This document shows, one piece after another, positions 1 to 10,281 of a stretch of 64,000 nt of DNA (position 1 is the first letter of the stretch; each line of letters begins with the position of its first letter). Under the pieces are notes generated by a model that ran no database searches, had not been told where the DNA came from, and saw only the letters and a list, made by a program, of their open reading frames with translations. The DNA comes from Candidatus Latescibacterota bacterium (lineage in GTDB: Bacteria; Latescibacterota; UBA2968): the NCBI GenBank assembly GCA_965198115.1, contig OZ240241.1, forward strand, positions 3,872,001 to 3,936,000, written 5' to 3'. Made by a program: the position numbers and the translations under genes.

Positions 1-938
1 TCAGCCGGCCCGAGCCCGTGAATGTCCGTAAGGTAGAGCGGGTTCACGAAACTGAGTGCACCCATACAGATCATTCGCGACGCGGCGCAGAAGGACGACT
101 GGGCAAACCTCAAATTCAACATCAGTTCGGGCGCCAGGAACGGATCGGGTCGACGACGCTCCCACAAGCCGAATACCAACAGGAGAGCGACCGACAACCC
201 GAGTAAACGCCAATCGCGCAGCGACTCGACGCCCGTGATCGCACGGCTCGACAGGAAGAAGACAAAACATGCGAGACCTGAAGCCAGAAGGATGACGCCG
301 CCCCAGTCGAAATTCCGAATCGGACTGACGATGCCTCGCGCGGGCGAACTGCTCGGGATTCCGTACCAAACAGCGGCTACGGCGAACAGACTCAGCAGGA
401 ACGGAGGAAAGTACGCGCCCTTCCAGCCCCAGGCTGCCACGAGGAATCCGGCCAGAATGGAGCCGAGAAACCCTGTCGTCGGTCCAACCGTTGCCCACGT
501 GCCGAGCGCACGGCCTCGATCGCGAGACGGAAACAGGGATGAAATCAGCGCCATCCCGAGCGGCATCATACCCGCGACCCCGAGACCCTGGATCATCTGA
601 CCCACGATCAGCCCGGACATCGACTGGGATGAAAGGGTCACTGACAAACCCAGGAAGAAGACCGTAATCCCGAACAACAGAAGCTTTTTCCGATCGATGA
701 CATCGCCCAATCTTCCATAGACCGACATCATCACCATAAAGCACAGCGTGAAAGCAGCAGAGACCCAGGCCGTCACGTCCTCCGGAATCTGGAACGACTC
801 ACGAATGACGGGCAGGGCAACGCGGGACATCGTCGACATCATCGGCATCAACGTCGACGGTAGGATTAAGCTGATGAGAAGTTGTCTTCTCGGTCGATCC
901 CCACCGGACGGCGCTTCTGTCTCTTCGGGTTCTGCCAA
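1..938 (-). CDS. MFS transporter, DHA2/EmrB-like; runs off the window edge
   Basis: Not in the ORF track because there is no stop in the window. Manual translation from TTG at 938 (RBS AGGAGGA upstream) gives MAEPEET...LISLILPSTLMPMMST...YGRLGDVIDRKKLLL (MFS motif A)...RGRALGTWATVGP...FDWGG, with many TM segments. Confidence 0.85.
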   Translation of the reverse strand, partial: MAEPEETEAPSGGDRPRRQLLISLILPSTLMPMMSTMSRVALPVIRESFQIPEDVTAWVSAAFTLCFMVMMSVYGRLGDVIDRKKLLLFGITVFFLGLSVTLSSQSMSGLIVGQMIQGLGVAGMMPLGMALISSLFPSRDRGRALGTWATVGPTTGFLGSILAGFLVAAWGWKGAYFPPFLLSLFAVAAVWYGIPSSSPARGIVSPIRNFDWGGVILLASGLACFVFFLSSRAITGVESLRDWRLLGLSVALLLVFGLWERRRPDPFLAPELMLNLRFAQSSFCAASRMICMGALSFVNPLYLTDIHGLGPA

Positions 939-1102
939 CGATCCTCCTGTTTCAATGCCTTTTGACGGGTGAAACCCCGTTCGTCATATTGTGTCGCGCG
1001 AACTCGGCGGTTGGTCATTGTTCATACCGACTGGGCGTGGGGAGGTCCTGAGCTTCACAAGATTTCACGCCACAGCGGCGCTGGGCCTGCGGTCTTTCCG
1101 TA

Positions 1103-1150
1103 ACCCAAGGCTGGCGCCTGGGCTGAGGTATCCCGACCCTTCAGGGCGGA
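1103..1150. repeat. Intergenic palindromic repeat (CCCAAGG..CCTGGGCT-N-CCCTTCAGGG type)
   Basis: Two short hairpins; similar architecture recurs at 53570-53750. Confidence 0.45.
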
Positions 1151-1218
1151 AGGTACGGGACGTAGGTCCTACTCGGTCCCCTTCCCGAATAGGGGCACGA
1201 TCTTCTTGATCCCCCAAC

Positions 1219-1249
1219 ATCCGTGTGCATCTGTGTCCATCTGTGGTTC
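1219..1249 (+). repeat. 9-10-nt period tandem repeat (ATCYGTGT..) ending in GTGGTT
   Basis: atccgtgtgc atctgtgtcc atctgtggtt; relatives at 15245, 20700, 53476, 56792 and 56970. Confidence 0.6.
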
Positions 1250-1264
1250 CTAAGGTCCTTCTTT

Positions 1265-2242
1265 ATGGATTACATCAACTTCGGAAAAGCAGGCGTAAAA
1301 GTCAGTCGAATCGCGCTCGGCCTCGGGCTGCGCGGTCAACCCGACGAGTCGGAGGCCCAGCGGCTCGTCGAAACAGCGATCGATCGAGGGATCAACTTCA
1401 TCGATTGCGCGAACGTCTACGGGCCGATGGACGACCGGGCTTTCATCGGTCATTCGGAGACGGTCGTCGGGAAGGCGATCAAAGGCAAGCGAGACAACCT
1501 CGTCATCACCAGCAAGGTCCTGAGCACCGTCGGGACGGGACCCAATGACAAGGGGCTGTCTCGCTATCACATTATGCGCGAGATCGAAGGCACGCTCCGG
1601 CAGATGGACACGGACCACATCGACATCTACCTCGTCCACGGCTACGACACGGAAACGCCCCTCGAAGAATCTGTGCGCGCACTCGACGACGTCGTCCGCA
1701 GCGGCAAGGCACGCTACGTTGGCGCCTGTAACCACGCCGCCTGGCAAGTCTGCCGTGTCCTCTGGGTTGCCGACCGGCTCAACGCGAACCCCGTCATCGG
1801 GGTCCAGAACCCGTACAACCTGCTCTACCGCGATCTCGAAGGGGAGATGTTCGACGTCATCAACGACCGGGGGCTCGGCGCGATGGCCTACAGCCCACTC
1901 GCCGTCGGTCTGCTGACCGGTGTCTACCGCAGGGGACGACCCGCACCCGAAGGCACCCTCTGGGCGACCCGGCGAGCCGATGAGTACGACGAGGTGCTGA
2001 ACGGACCTTCGGGAGACGTCATCGAAACGCTCATCGCTGTCGCAGACGACCTCGGAAAGTCACCCGCGCAAGTCGCCCTCGCGTGGCTTCTCTCCCACGA
2101 CGAGATTACGACGGCGATCAGCGGCGCCGACACCATCGATCAACTGGACGATGTCCTGGGCTCGGTCGGCTGGGAACTACCCGAGGAACTGCGGGAGCGG
2201 TTGGACGCCACATCCGACATTCCGGGTTTGGCTATCCACTAG
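1265..2242 (+). CDS. Aldo/keto reductase
   Basis: GINFIDCANVYG, SETVVGKA, TDHIDIYLVH and YSPLAVGLLTG motifs; likely start ATG 1265. Confidence 0.93.
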   Translation: MDYINFGKAGVKVSRIALGLGLRGQPDESEAQRLVETAIDRGINFIDCANVYGPMDDRAFIGHSETVVGKAIKGKRDNLVITSKVLSTVGTGPNDKGLSRYHIMREIEGTLRQMDTDHIDIYLVHGYDTETPLEESVRALDDVVRSGKARYVGACNHAAWQVCRVLWVADRLNANPVIGVQNPYNLLYRDLEGEMFDVINDRGLGAMAYSPLAVGLLTGVYRRGRPAPEGTLWATRRADEYDEVLNGPSGDVIETLIAVADDLGKSPAQVALAWLLSHDEITTAISGADTIDQLDDVLGSVGWELPEELRERLDATSDIPGLAIH

Positions 2243-3871
2243 CCTGAATTATGCATAAAAAAGGTAGTCTCCTTGTACAAGTGTTTGTTTTTCCCTACAT
2301 TAGGGCTGACACATCAAAACAACACTTGGAAGGAACTACCGTGATAGAACCTAGTCAGATCCGGTTACCATTCGCAAGCATTTCGGGCAAGGTAGTTGAG
2401 GCTGATTTTGCCGGTGGCGCCGTCAGGAGTGACGGTGGAGTTCTGTTGCTTCGCGCCCTTGAGTCTCAGATGGGATTGATCGCCAGAATGGTAGATGCTT
2501 TGCGAGATCGTCGTCACCCAAGCTATATCGATCACACGCTTTTGGATCTTGTGAAGCAGCGTGTTTTTCAGATCGCTTGCGGCTATGAAGATGCCGTCGA
2601 TTGTGATGATTTGCGCCACGATCCGGGCGTCAAGGCTGCCTGCGATCGGCTTCCTCTTTCCGGTCCTGATCTCGGGAGCCAATCAACGATGACACGACTT
2701 GAGAATGATGTGCGACGCTCGGATTTGTATCGGCTCGCACGGGCTTTTGTAGACGGGTTCATCGCATCGTATGACCAGGCACCCCCAAGCATCATTCTCG
2801 ATATCGACGACACGGATGACCCAACGCACGGTGCGCAACAATTTTCACTCTTCAACGCGTATTACAATGAACACTGCTATATGCCGCTACATATCTATGA
2901 AGGCCAAAGCGGCAAGCTCATTACGACGATCTTGAGACCCGGGCATCCGACGAACGGTAAACAGGTCGTTTCTATTCTCAAGCGCTTGGTGGAACACCTA
3001 CGCGGATCTTGGCCAAACGTGGAGATCATCGTTCGCGCAGACTCAAAGTTCAGCTCACCAGAGATGCACGATTTCTGCGAAGACAACGGTATCTACTACG
3101 TTCTGGGCCAGGGCGCCAACTCCAAGCTCAAAGCGGCTGGACAAAACCTGATGGACCAAGCGCTACGTCTGAGCGAGCATAAGGAGACGATTCGCTTGTT
3201 CTCATCCTTCTCATATCAGGCTGGCACCTACCGGCAGCCTCGCCGGATCATTCACAAGGCTGAAGTCACAAACGGCGAAGCAAATCCAAGATACCGCGTG
3301 ACCAATTTACAGAGTAATCGAGACGGCTTTATCTATGATCGTATCTACTGCGCAAGGGGACGCACGGAAGGCTTCATCAAGGACCACAAAACATTCCTTC
3401 ACTCCGATCGAACATCGTGCCACAAGTTTGAAGCCAACCAGTTCCGACTCTTTCTACACAGTGCTGCATACGCCTTGCTTCACGCACTCCGATCACAGGG
3501 ACTCAAGGGCACCGCGTGGACCAAACCTCAGGTCAACACGATACAGAACCGTTTCCTCAAAATCGGCGCGAGAGTCATTGAAAGCGCACGAAGAATCCGA
3601 TTCCATTTTCCAACATCGTATCCACTCAAAAACGTCTTGGTGTCAATCATCACCAGGCTCGAAACGAACACGCAGTAACAACGCCGATCTATACCGGGGA
3701 CAGCTATGTACACGTCGCAAAACAACACCTGTTCCGGACGAAAATCGTGACTCTTGCGACTCGTAGAGACCGCTTACGGGACCTTGGACATCCGAAGAAG
3801 CCGAGAACAAATCCTGTGCGTGATCACATCACTCCAAAACAACCTAAACTCAAATTCATGCATGATTCAGG
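2243..3871 (+). mobile_element. IS1380-family insertion sequence
   Basis: IRs CCTGAATTATGCAT / ATGCATGATTCAGG; CTAG duplicated at 2239-2242 and 3872-3875. Confidence 0.93.
2341..3678 (+). CDS. IS1380-family DDE transposase
   Basis: SDGG.LLL, IACGYED..D.D.LRHDP, ILDIDDTDDPTHGAQQ, RADS, YCARG..E and ANQFRL motifs; GTG start after GGAAGGA. Confidence 0.93.
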   Translation: MIEPSQIRLPFASISGKVVEADFAGGAVRSDGGVLLLRALESQMGLIARMVDALRDRRHPSYIDHTLLDLVKQRVFQIACGYEDAVDCDDLRHDPGVKAACDRLPLSGPDLGSQSTMTRLENDVRRSDLYRLARAFVDGFIASYDQAPPSIILDIDDTDDPTHGAQQFSLFNAYYNEHCYMPLHIYEGQSGKLITTILRPGHPTNGKQVVSILKRLVEHLRGSWPNVEIIVRADSKFSSPEMHDFCEDNGIYYVLGQGANSKLKAAGQNLMDQALRLSEHKETIRLFSSFSYQAGTYRQPRRIIHKAEVTNGEANPRYRVTNLQSNRDGFIYDRIYCARGRTEGFIKDHKTFLHSDRTSCHKFEANQFRLFLHSAAYALLHALRSQGLKGTAWTKPQVNTIQNRFLKIGARVIESARRIRFHFPTSYPLKNVLVSIITRLETNTQ

Positions 3872-4018
3872 CTAGTGCGTCCTGCCGGTCTGATTGGGAT
3901 CCACTCCGAGCCCCAAGCTAGGCTGAAGCAAAGCCCTAAGGCAGACCAAGAGCCTGTCCGGAGCGAAGTTGGGAGCGAGCGATAGGCATTCCTTAATTTA
4001 TATAAAACAAAGCGTTGC

Positions 4019-4047
4019 GCTCGTCCCCCGTGCTCCGAACGGGGACT
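4019..4047. repeat. REP-like palindrome of the RAYT-flanking family
   Basis: GCTCGTCCCCCGTGCTCCGAACGGGGAC is nearly identical to 36605-36631. Confidence 0.75.
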
Positions 4048-4332
4048 TCTTGCAAGCAATGCGATTGGCTAAGCTTGGCAAAGACCCAAGTCCCGGGAGC
4101 TGCCCTAGTCGTTAAATTGATGAACGACAAGGGGCGGTCCGACTTGATCTTCACGAGGATCCCACCAAAAGTGGGCCCGAGGCCACTTTTTCAATCCGGA
4201 TGATTCTTCCCTCTTAAGCTGACCTCGTCATTCACGGCTGGACATCCCTCTGGCGGTCGGGCGAAAGAACGTATTCATTATAGATAGCCCAAATCCCTCA
4301 ACCGTGCTGGTGCCCTAAAAGAGGAAATCCCG

Positions 4333-5947
4333 ATGACAAAAAAAGGCTATATCCGGATCTCTCAACGAGATGAAGTGGGTGAAGGTGCCGTGGTTCCTGG
4401 CATGGGGGGCGCGGTTAGAGTGTGCGGAACCTCTTCGGAATCTGCTCAGGGATGTTTAGGTCTCCGACGGTAAGGAAGATCATATCGTTGAATGCGTCGA
4501 GTGTGCGGAATCCGCTGGCTCGGTTCTTGACGATTTGGACGATTCGGTTGAGGCCTTCGGCGATGGCGTTGGTAAGACGCGTGTTCACGAATGCGAGGAC
4601 GCCGAAGAAGTGCTGTCGCAGGGTCCTGACGAACTTTCGCAGTCACGTTCTACGACTTCCCGAAGGAACACTGGAAACACCTGAGAACCACGAACGTCGT
4701 CGAGAGCCCCTTTGCTTCCGTTCGGCTTCGCACAAACGCCGCCAGGCGATTCAAGAAAGTCAGGAACGCCACGACTCTCATCTGGCGTACGCTCAAGGTC
4801 GCAGAGAGCCGATTCAGGAAACTCACCGCGCCACACTTGCTACAACAAGTCTACGATCAGAAACACTCAACCGGACCGCAGGTCGAAGCCGGGAAGATGG
4901 CCGCCTGATTTCTTTTACACACCTATTGACCTGAACTCTTTCACCGTTGAGAAACCCGGATAGAGCCCAAAAAAAGAACGCTATTACTGGGATCTCAACG
5001 GTCATCTCGTCGTGCGCAACGTCCTCACGTCCATCGAGCTTAAAGCGGCCAACGATGCGATCGACTACCTTGCCGATAAGTGCGCAAACGGAACCGACGA
5101 AGAGGCCGACTTTCTCCGTAGGACCGCGCAGCCACGGTGGATGGGCGAGGTCCTGCCCAAGCATTGGACGGCCCGGGAGGAGGACCTCATAAGAGAGCGG
5201 CGTGAATTCCGCGATCGAGATAGCGACAAACGCACTCTCACCCTCACCCGTACACTCAACAACGTCCCTTTCTTCCTGCAGCTCAAAACTCCGCACTGCG
5301 ATCCCTATCGCAGGATGATCGCTCATCCCCAGGTCATCTCACGCCTCCGTGTGATGTGCGGGAAGGGTTTCCGACTCGACCACGGTCCCCAGTTCATCGG
5401 AGGACTCCCCGGAATCGATCACCACCACCTCCACGGCGCCGGCGATCCCCACAGGCCCTACGTGGGCTACAAGCACCAGAGCGGGATGCCATACGTCGGA
5501 GGCGTCCTCGGGACCTACGCCCTCCACGACGCAGGTCCCGAGGACGGAGGTTTCGCTTGTGTCCCCGGAAGCCACAAATCGAAATATCCGATGCCCAACG
5601 GTGTTCGCACCTTCGAGGATGACATGGGCGTGGTGGAAAAACCGAACGTCAAAGCCGGCGACGTCCTCTTCTTCATGGACGGGGCACAAACCCACGGCGC
5701 GCGGGCGTGGCAGGGACAAGGCCAACGTCGAGCCATCCTCCTCAAATTCGCGAGTCGCACGTCGACCCGTCAGGGAGCTTCCACTCATTTCCTCGAGCCC
5801 GATGCCTACTGGGATGAGAACATCGTCGACGGGATGACACCCGAACAGCGTGCCGTGATGTTCGGGCCGGCTTCAGCGCCCCGTACTGATAAGTGCCTTA
5901 TCGATGTCGATACGGCGGGAACCGTCAGCGTGGCTAGTTCGTCCTAG
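4333..5947 (+). pseudogene. PhyH-family Fe(II)/2OG dioxygenase interrupted after codon 4 by an ISL3/IS256 chimera
   Basis: Removing 4345-4967 and one CAAAAAAA copy gives MTKKERYYWDLNGHLVVRNVL..., homologous to 46171 (KERYYWDLTGYLIV). The body is ORF 5012-5947 (GGFACVPGSHKS, FFMDGAQTHG). Confidence 0.88.
4345..4967 (-). mobile_element. Internally deleted ISL3 carrying the 3' end of IS256 (non-autonomous chimera)
   Basis: Both ISL3 termini (GGCTATATCCGG.../...CCGGATAGAGCC) with 8-bp TSD CAAAAAAA. 4345-4642 matches 25164-25460; 4643-4938 matches the IS256 3' end (62836-63131). Confidence 0.9.
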
Positions 5948-7121
5948 GGAGACCTGCGAGTCGCATGATACCACCCTTAGGATTTGCCACGAAATAAGTG
6001 CTGCACTTTTCAAGGTAATGATCTTACGCTCGGAGTGTGGACGTCGAAACTCTCCGAACGAAGTATGAAGCCTTGGCTCCGGTGCTGACGGAACGCACGC
6101 GTCGTCTGTGGGCCGCCACGGAAGCCGAAGCGTTGGGTCACGGTGGGATCGCGATTGTGGCTCTGGCGACAGGAATGTCCAGAGAGCGGATCTTTCGTGG
6201 CATTCAGGAGTTGAGGTCGGACGAACCTTTGGACCCGGCTCGCATCCGGCGTCCAGGCGGCGGTCGTAAGCGGAAGGCCGACACGGACCCGACGCTGTGG
6301 CAGGACCTGAATGATCTGGTCGAGCCAACGACTGCGGGGTCGCCTGACGACAATCCTCTGAGATGGACATCGAAGAGCACTCGCAAACTGGCCGCCGAGT
6401 TGCAAGCGATGGGGCATTCGGTGAGCCCCAGGATCGTTGCCAATCTCCTGCACGAACACGATTACACGCTGCAGGCGAATCGGAAGACAAGGGAGGGATC
6501 TGCACACCCGGATCGGGACGCTCAGTTCGTTTACCTCGATGATCGGATTAGCCAGCAGCAGCAGCAGGGCCTTCCCGTTATCTCGGTGGACACCAAGAAG
6601 AAAGAGTTGATCGGCGACTTCAAGAATCCTGGCCGAGAATGGCGACCCAAGGGAGACCCGGAGCGTGTGAAGGTACACGATTTCATAGTGCCTGCTCAGG
6701 GCAAGGCGATCCCTTATGGAGTGTATGATCTGAGCCGTGATGAAGGCTGGGTAAGTGTCGGTATCGATCACGACACGGCCAGCTTCGCCGTGAATGCGAT
6801 CCGAAGTTGGTGGAAGAACATGGGACGGCCCGCCTACGGCACTTCGACGCATCTGCTAATCACGGCGGACGCAGGCGGCAGCAACGGCGCCAAGACGCGG
6901 CTGTGGAAGTGGGAGCTGCAGCGCTTTGCGAATCGCACTGGCCTGACGATCACCGTATGCCACTACCCTCCTGGCACTAGTAAGTGGAACAAGATCGAAC
7001 ATCGCCTGTTCTCCTTCATCGCTATGAACTGGCAAGGCAAGCCCCTGGTCAGCCTGGCTGCAACCGTGAATCTCATTGCCGGAACGACCACTCAAGCCGG
7101 TCTCCGAGTACGAGATCGACA

Positions 7122-8494
7122 GAGCTATAATCAAAAGGTGTGGAAAAAGAGAAAGGGCGACCCTACCCTTCCCGTGAGATAGTTGATTCACACAAAACCG
7201 GGTGAGAGGCCCGGTTGGGAAGGAGGATCGCCGTGAAGGAACATACGCATAGAGCCCCATTGAAGTCCATGCCGACGTGGGAGACGGTTGACGATTGGAT
7301 CCGTGAAGAGATCCAGGGCCGGTTCCAGTCCATTCTGGAGGAGGAGGCGACCGCGTTCTTGGGCCGGTCGTGGTATGAGCGCCGAGCCGAGGTTGATAGC
7401 TCCAGGGGCTACAGGAACGGCTACGGCAAGCCCCGGCGTCTCTCGACGAGCTGCGGAACGATCAAGGTCCGGCGTCCCCGGGTTCGTGGTCTGGAAGAGC
7501 GGTTTGAAAGCCGCATCCTCCCCCTGTTCGCCCGGAGAACCAGGGCCATTGGAGATCTGCTTCCCGACCTTTATCTCCACGGTCTCTCCCAGGGCGACTT
7601 CGAGTTGTCTTTGCGTGCGCTGCTCGGTGATGGCGCGCCGCTTTCGCCGACCTCGATCGCTCGTCTTCGAGGGAAGTGGGAGGTCGACTTCCAGGACTGG
7701 AAAGAAAGGCGTCTGGATAATCGCGAACTGGTCTACGCCTGGGCTGATGGCATCTACGTCAAAGCCGGGCTCGAGCGCGAGAAGGCGTGTCTGCTGGTCG
7801 TGATCGGCGCGATGAGCGACGGCAGCAAGGAGATCCTGCCGATAGAACCCGGTTATCGAGAGTCTACAGAATCCTGGCTCACGGTGCTACGGGATCTCCG
7901 GGATCGCGGGCTCGAACATCCTGTCCTGATCGCCGCGGACGGGAATATGGGCATCTGGGCGGCCGTTGATCAGGTCTGGCCAGAGAGCCGGCAACAACGG
8001 TGCTGGAACCACAAGATCCTCAACGTGCTCGACAAGGTCGCCAAGCGTGCACAGGCTGAAGCCCGCGCACTGCTCGTCCAGATCCCCTATGCCGGCACGA
8101 AAAAGGAGGCCGAGAAGCTCCGGAAACGCTTTGCCGCACGGTATCGCTCACAGTTCCCTGCCGCCGTGGAGACGCTCGAAAGAGACTGGGATCGGATGGT
8201 CACGTTCTACGACTTCCGAAGGAACACTGGAAACACCTGAGAACCACGAACGTCGTCGAGAGCCCCTTTGCTTCCGTTCGGCTTCGCACAAACGCCGCCA
8301 GGCGATTCAAGAAAGTCAGGAACGCCACGGCTCTCATCTGGCGTACGCTCAAGGTCGCAGAGAGCCGATTCAGGAAACTCACCGCGCCACACTTGCTACA
8401 ACAAGTCTACGATCAGAAACACTCAACCGGACCGAAGGTCGAAGCCGGGAAGATGGCCGCCTGATTTCTTTTACACACCTATTGACCTGAGCTC
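7122..8494 (+). mobile_element. IS256-family IS (type A), inserted in ISAzo13
   Basis: IRs GAGCTATAATCAAAAGGTGTGGAAAAAGA / TCTTTTACACACCTATTGACCTGAGCTC; duplication ATCGACA. Confidence 0.92.
7269..8464 (+). pseudogene. IS256 transposase with a 1-nt frameshift near 8217
   Basis: YRNGY, WADGIY and QRCWNHK motifs; has TTCCGAAGG where the intact copy has TTCCCGAAGG. This may be a read error. Confidence 0.85.
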
Positions 8495-9003
8495 ATCGAC
8501 AAGCGACCCTACCCTAACGGGGTCAAGGTGACCGATGAACAGATGACCCAAATCGATCTCACTCCGCACGATTTCCACGGCGACTGGAACTACACGATCC
8601 GGCCAATGGCTCAACATTGAGATCGACCGTTTATTTATTCCGTCCCGCTAAGTACTCCTGTTCTCAAATACGGTTACGTATTCTAAGCAGACTTTGCCAA
8701 GGGCGTATCGTAGAACCTGAGTTTGTCGATCATCTCCGCGAGATCTGTTCGTGTGAACTTCCATTTGAAGGGTGTGGCGATACGTCCGTAGCGTTCCTGA
8801 AAACCGAGGATTCTTGCCTCAAGCTCTTCGAGCGATGCAAATTCGATAGGTGTCAGAGCCTTGCGTTTGAGGATCGAGAAGTAGATCTCGATCTGATTGA
8901 GCCAGCTTGCGTGGATCGGAAGGTGAACGGGGTGGATGTTTGGCCACTTCCCCTGGATACGGTTGTAAAGCCCGCGGTTGTCTGGACACTCGGGTGAGTG
9001 TAT

Positions 9004-9898
9004 TCAGGCGGCCTTTCGAGTTGCCGTGAGTGCGTTTCTAGCCTGTTCGGGCGTCTTGTAGCCGTGACGTTCGATGATCCACCTGTGGTTGTATCTGTCC
9101 CGAAACTCAAGGAGTGCGAGGCGCAGGTCTTCGATGGTACTGAAGTGTCTAACCCACAGGAGGTTTTCTTTGAGGGTACGGATGAACCGCTCGGCGCATC
9201 CGTTGCCTTCTGGCTCACGCACGAAACTCGGCGATGTTTGGACGCCGAGGAATGCGATCTCGTTCTGGAAGTCGTCAGAGACGTATTGTGACCCGTGATC
9301 GTGTCGGAGCTCCAGTCCTTCGGCGATGTTTTCTTCGAAGCCCCCGAAGTGTTCACGGATGCCCTGTCGGATCGGCTCGAGAGCCTCAAAGCGGTTGGCC
9401 GTCTTGGAGGCGTGAATGCCCACACACTCGCACGTGCAGTGGTCGATCGCGATAAACACGGAGGCTCTGCCCTCGTCGACCGTGGGCGTCACAGTCAGGT
9501 CGGTGCCCCACATCTGATCGGGCTTCTCGGTCGTAATCGTGCCATCGTGGGCTCGTCGTTCGCGACGCCGTCCTGGACGCGCCCGGAGCCCGTTTTCACG
9601 CATCAACCGGCGGACCCGATCCTTTGGACGTCCGCATACCGTGAAAGCGAAGCCTGGCCCAGATCTTGCGGTATCCTTCGCCGTGGAAGGGTGACGCGTC
9701 GATCTCCTGCTGAATGAGGGAGACCAATTCCTCATCGGTACCCGCTCCGACCGGGCCTCGCTTCCGGGGTTGCCGAAGATCGGTTACGGATGAACGACGA
9801 AGCTGGCTGTGCACCGTGGAACGGGGTATCTGCAACACTTTGCACACGCGTTTAATGCTGTAGCGTCTCTCCGTGGAGGGCGAAAGGACCTCACTCAT
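9004..9898 (-). CDS. IS3-like OrfB, rve integrase-core transposase (frameshift near 9625)
   Basis: GYRKIWARL, WGTDLT, LRHDHGSQY and GNGCAERFIRTLKE motifs. Confidence 0.85.
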
Positions 9899-10281
9899 TT
9901 CCGCGACCTCCGATGCGCCAAAGGGCGGCGGGCTTCCAGACGATCGATTCTTTGTTGCAGCAGCTCGTTGTCCATCGTGAGCTCGCCAATCTTCGCCTGG
10001 AGGTCCTTGACCCTCTCGTCACGCTCGTCGCTCGGACGAGAGCGTAGTGCGGCCTGGGCGCCAGAGTGGAACTGATCGCGCCACTCGCTCAATTTAGCTG
10101 CCGTTACTCCCAGATCGCGAGAGACGCTGTCGAGGCTCTCGCCACGCATCACACGTAATACGGCTTCGGCCTTCTTCTTCACGGAGAAACGACCCTGCGA
10201 AGTCGCGCTTGGATCGGCTGGGCCTCCGCTCGCTCTCGCTCGCTCCGCCCCAACCGATCCCCTAGTAGTAGCCTTGTTCAT
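9895..10281 (-). CDS. IS3-like OrfA (HTH plus coiled coil)
   Basis: RFSVKKKAEAVLRVMRGE..VSRDLGV, LQAKIGELTMDNELL; overlaps orfB by 4 nt. Confidence 0.85.
   Translation of the reverse strand: MNKATTRGSVGAERARASGGPADPSATSQGRFSVKKKAEAVLRVMRGESLDSVSRDLGVTAAKLSEWRDQFHSGAQAALRSRPSDERDERVKDLQAKIGELTMDNELLQQRIDRLEARRPLAHRRSRK

Larger units (their letters stand above)
6037..8620 (+). pseudogene. ISAzo13 (Rhodopirellula-type DDE) transposase split by IS256
   Basis: ISVDTKKKELIG, ITADAGGSNG and HYPPGTSKWNKIEHRLF motifs. The C-terminus (..YPNGVKVTDEQM..DFHGDWNYTIRP) resumes after 8495. Confidence 0.9.
5980..8648 (+). mobile_element. ISAzo13-family IS, copy 1, interrupted by IS256
   Basis: Near-identical to 25146-27875 (reverse); ends GGATTTGCCACGAAATAA / TTATTTATTCCGTCCCGC. 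Confidence 0.88.

Noticed and set aside
1-744. 247-aa minus ORF and other long antisense or alternate-frame ORFs (e.g. 13705-14673, 52510-53451, 55455-56627, 57201-58400, 57476-58804)
   Set aside because: They are shadow ORFs overlapping well-supported genes in GC-rich DNA and show no recognisable motifs.
3876-4332. Intergenic stretch with hairpins as a riboswitch or ncRNA
   Set aside because: No recognisable riboswitch consensus; only a REP copy and weak stems.
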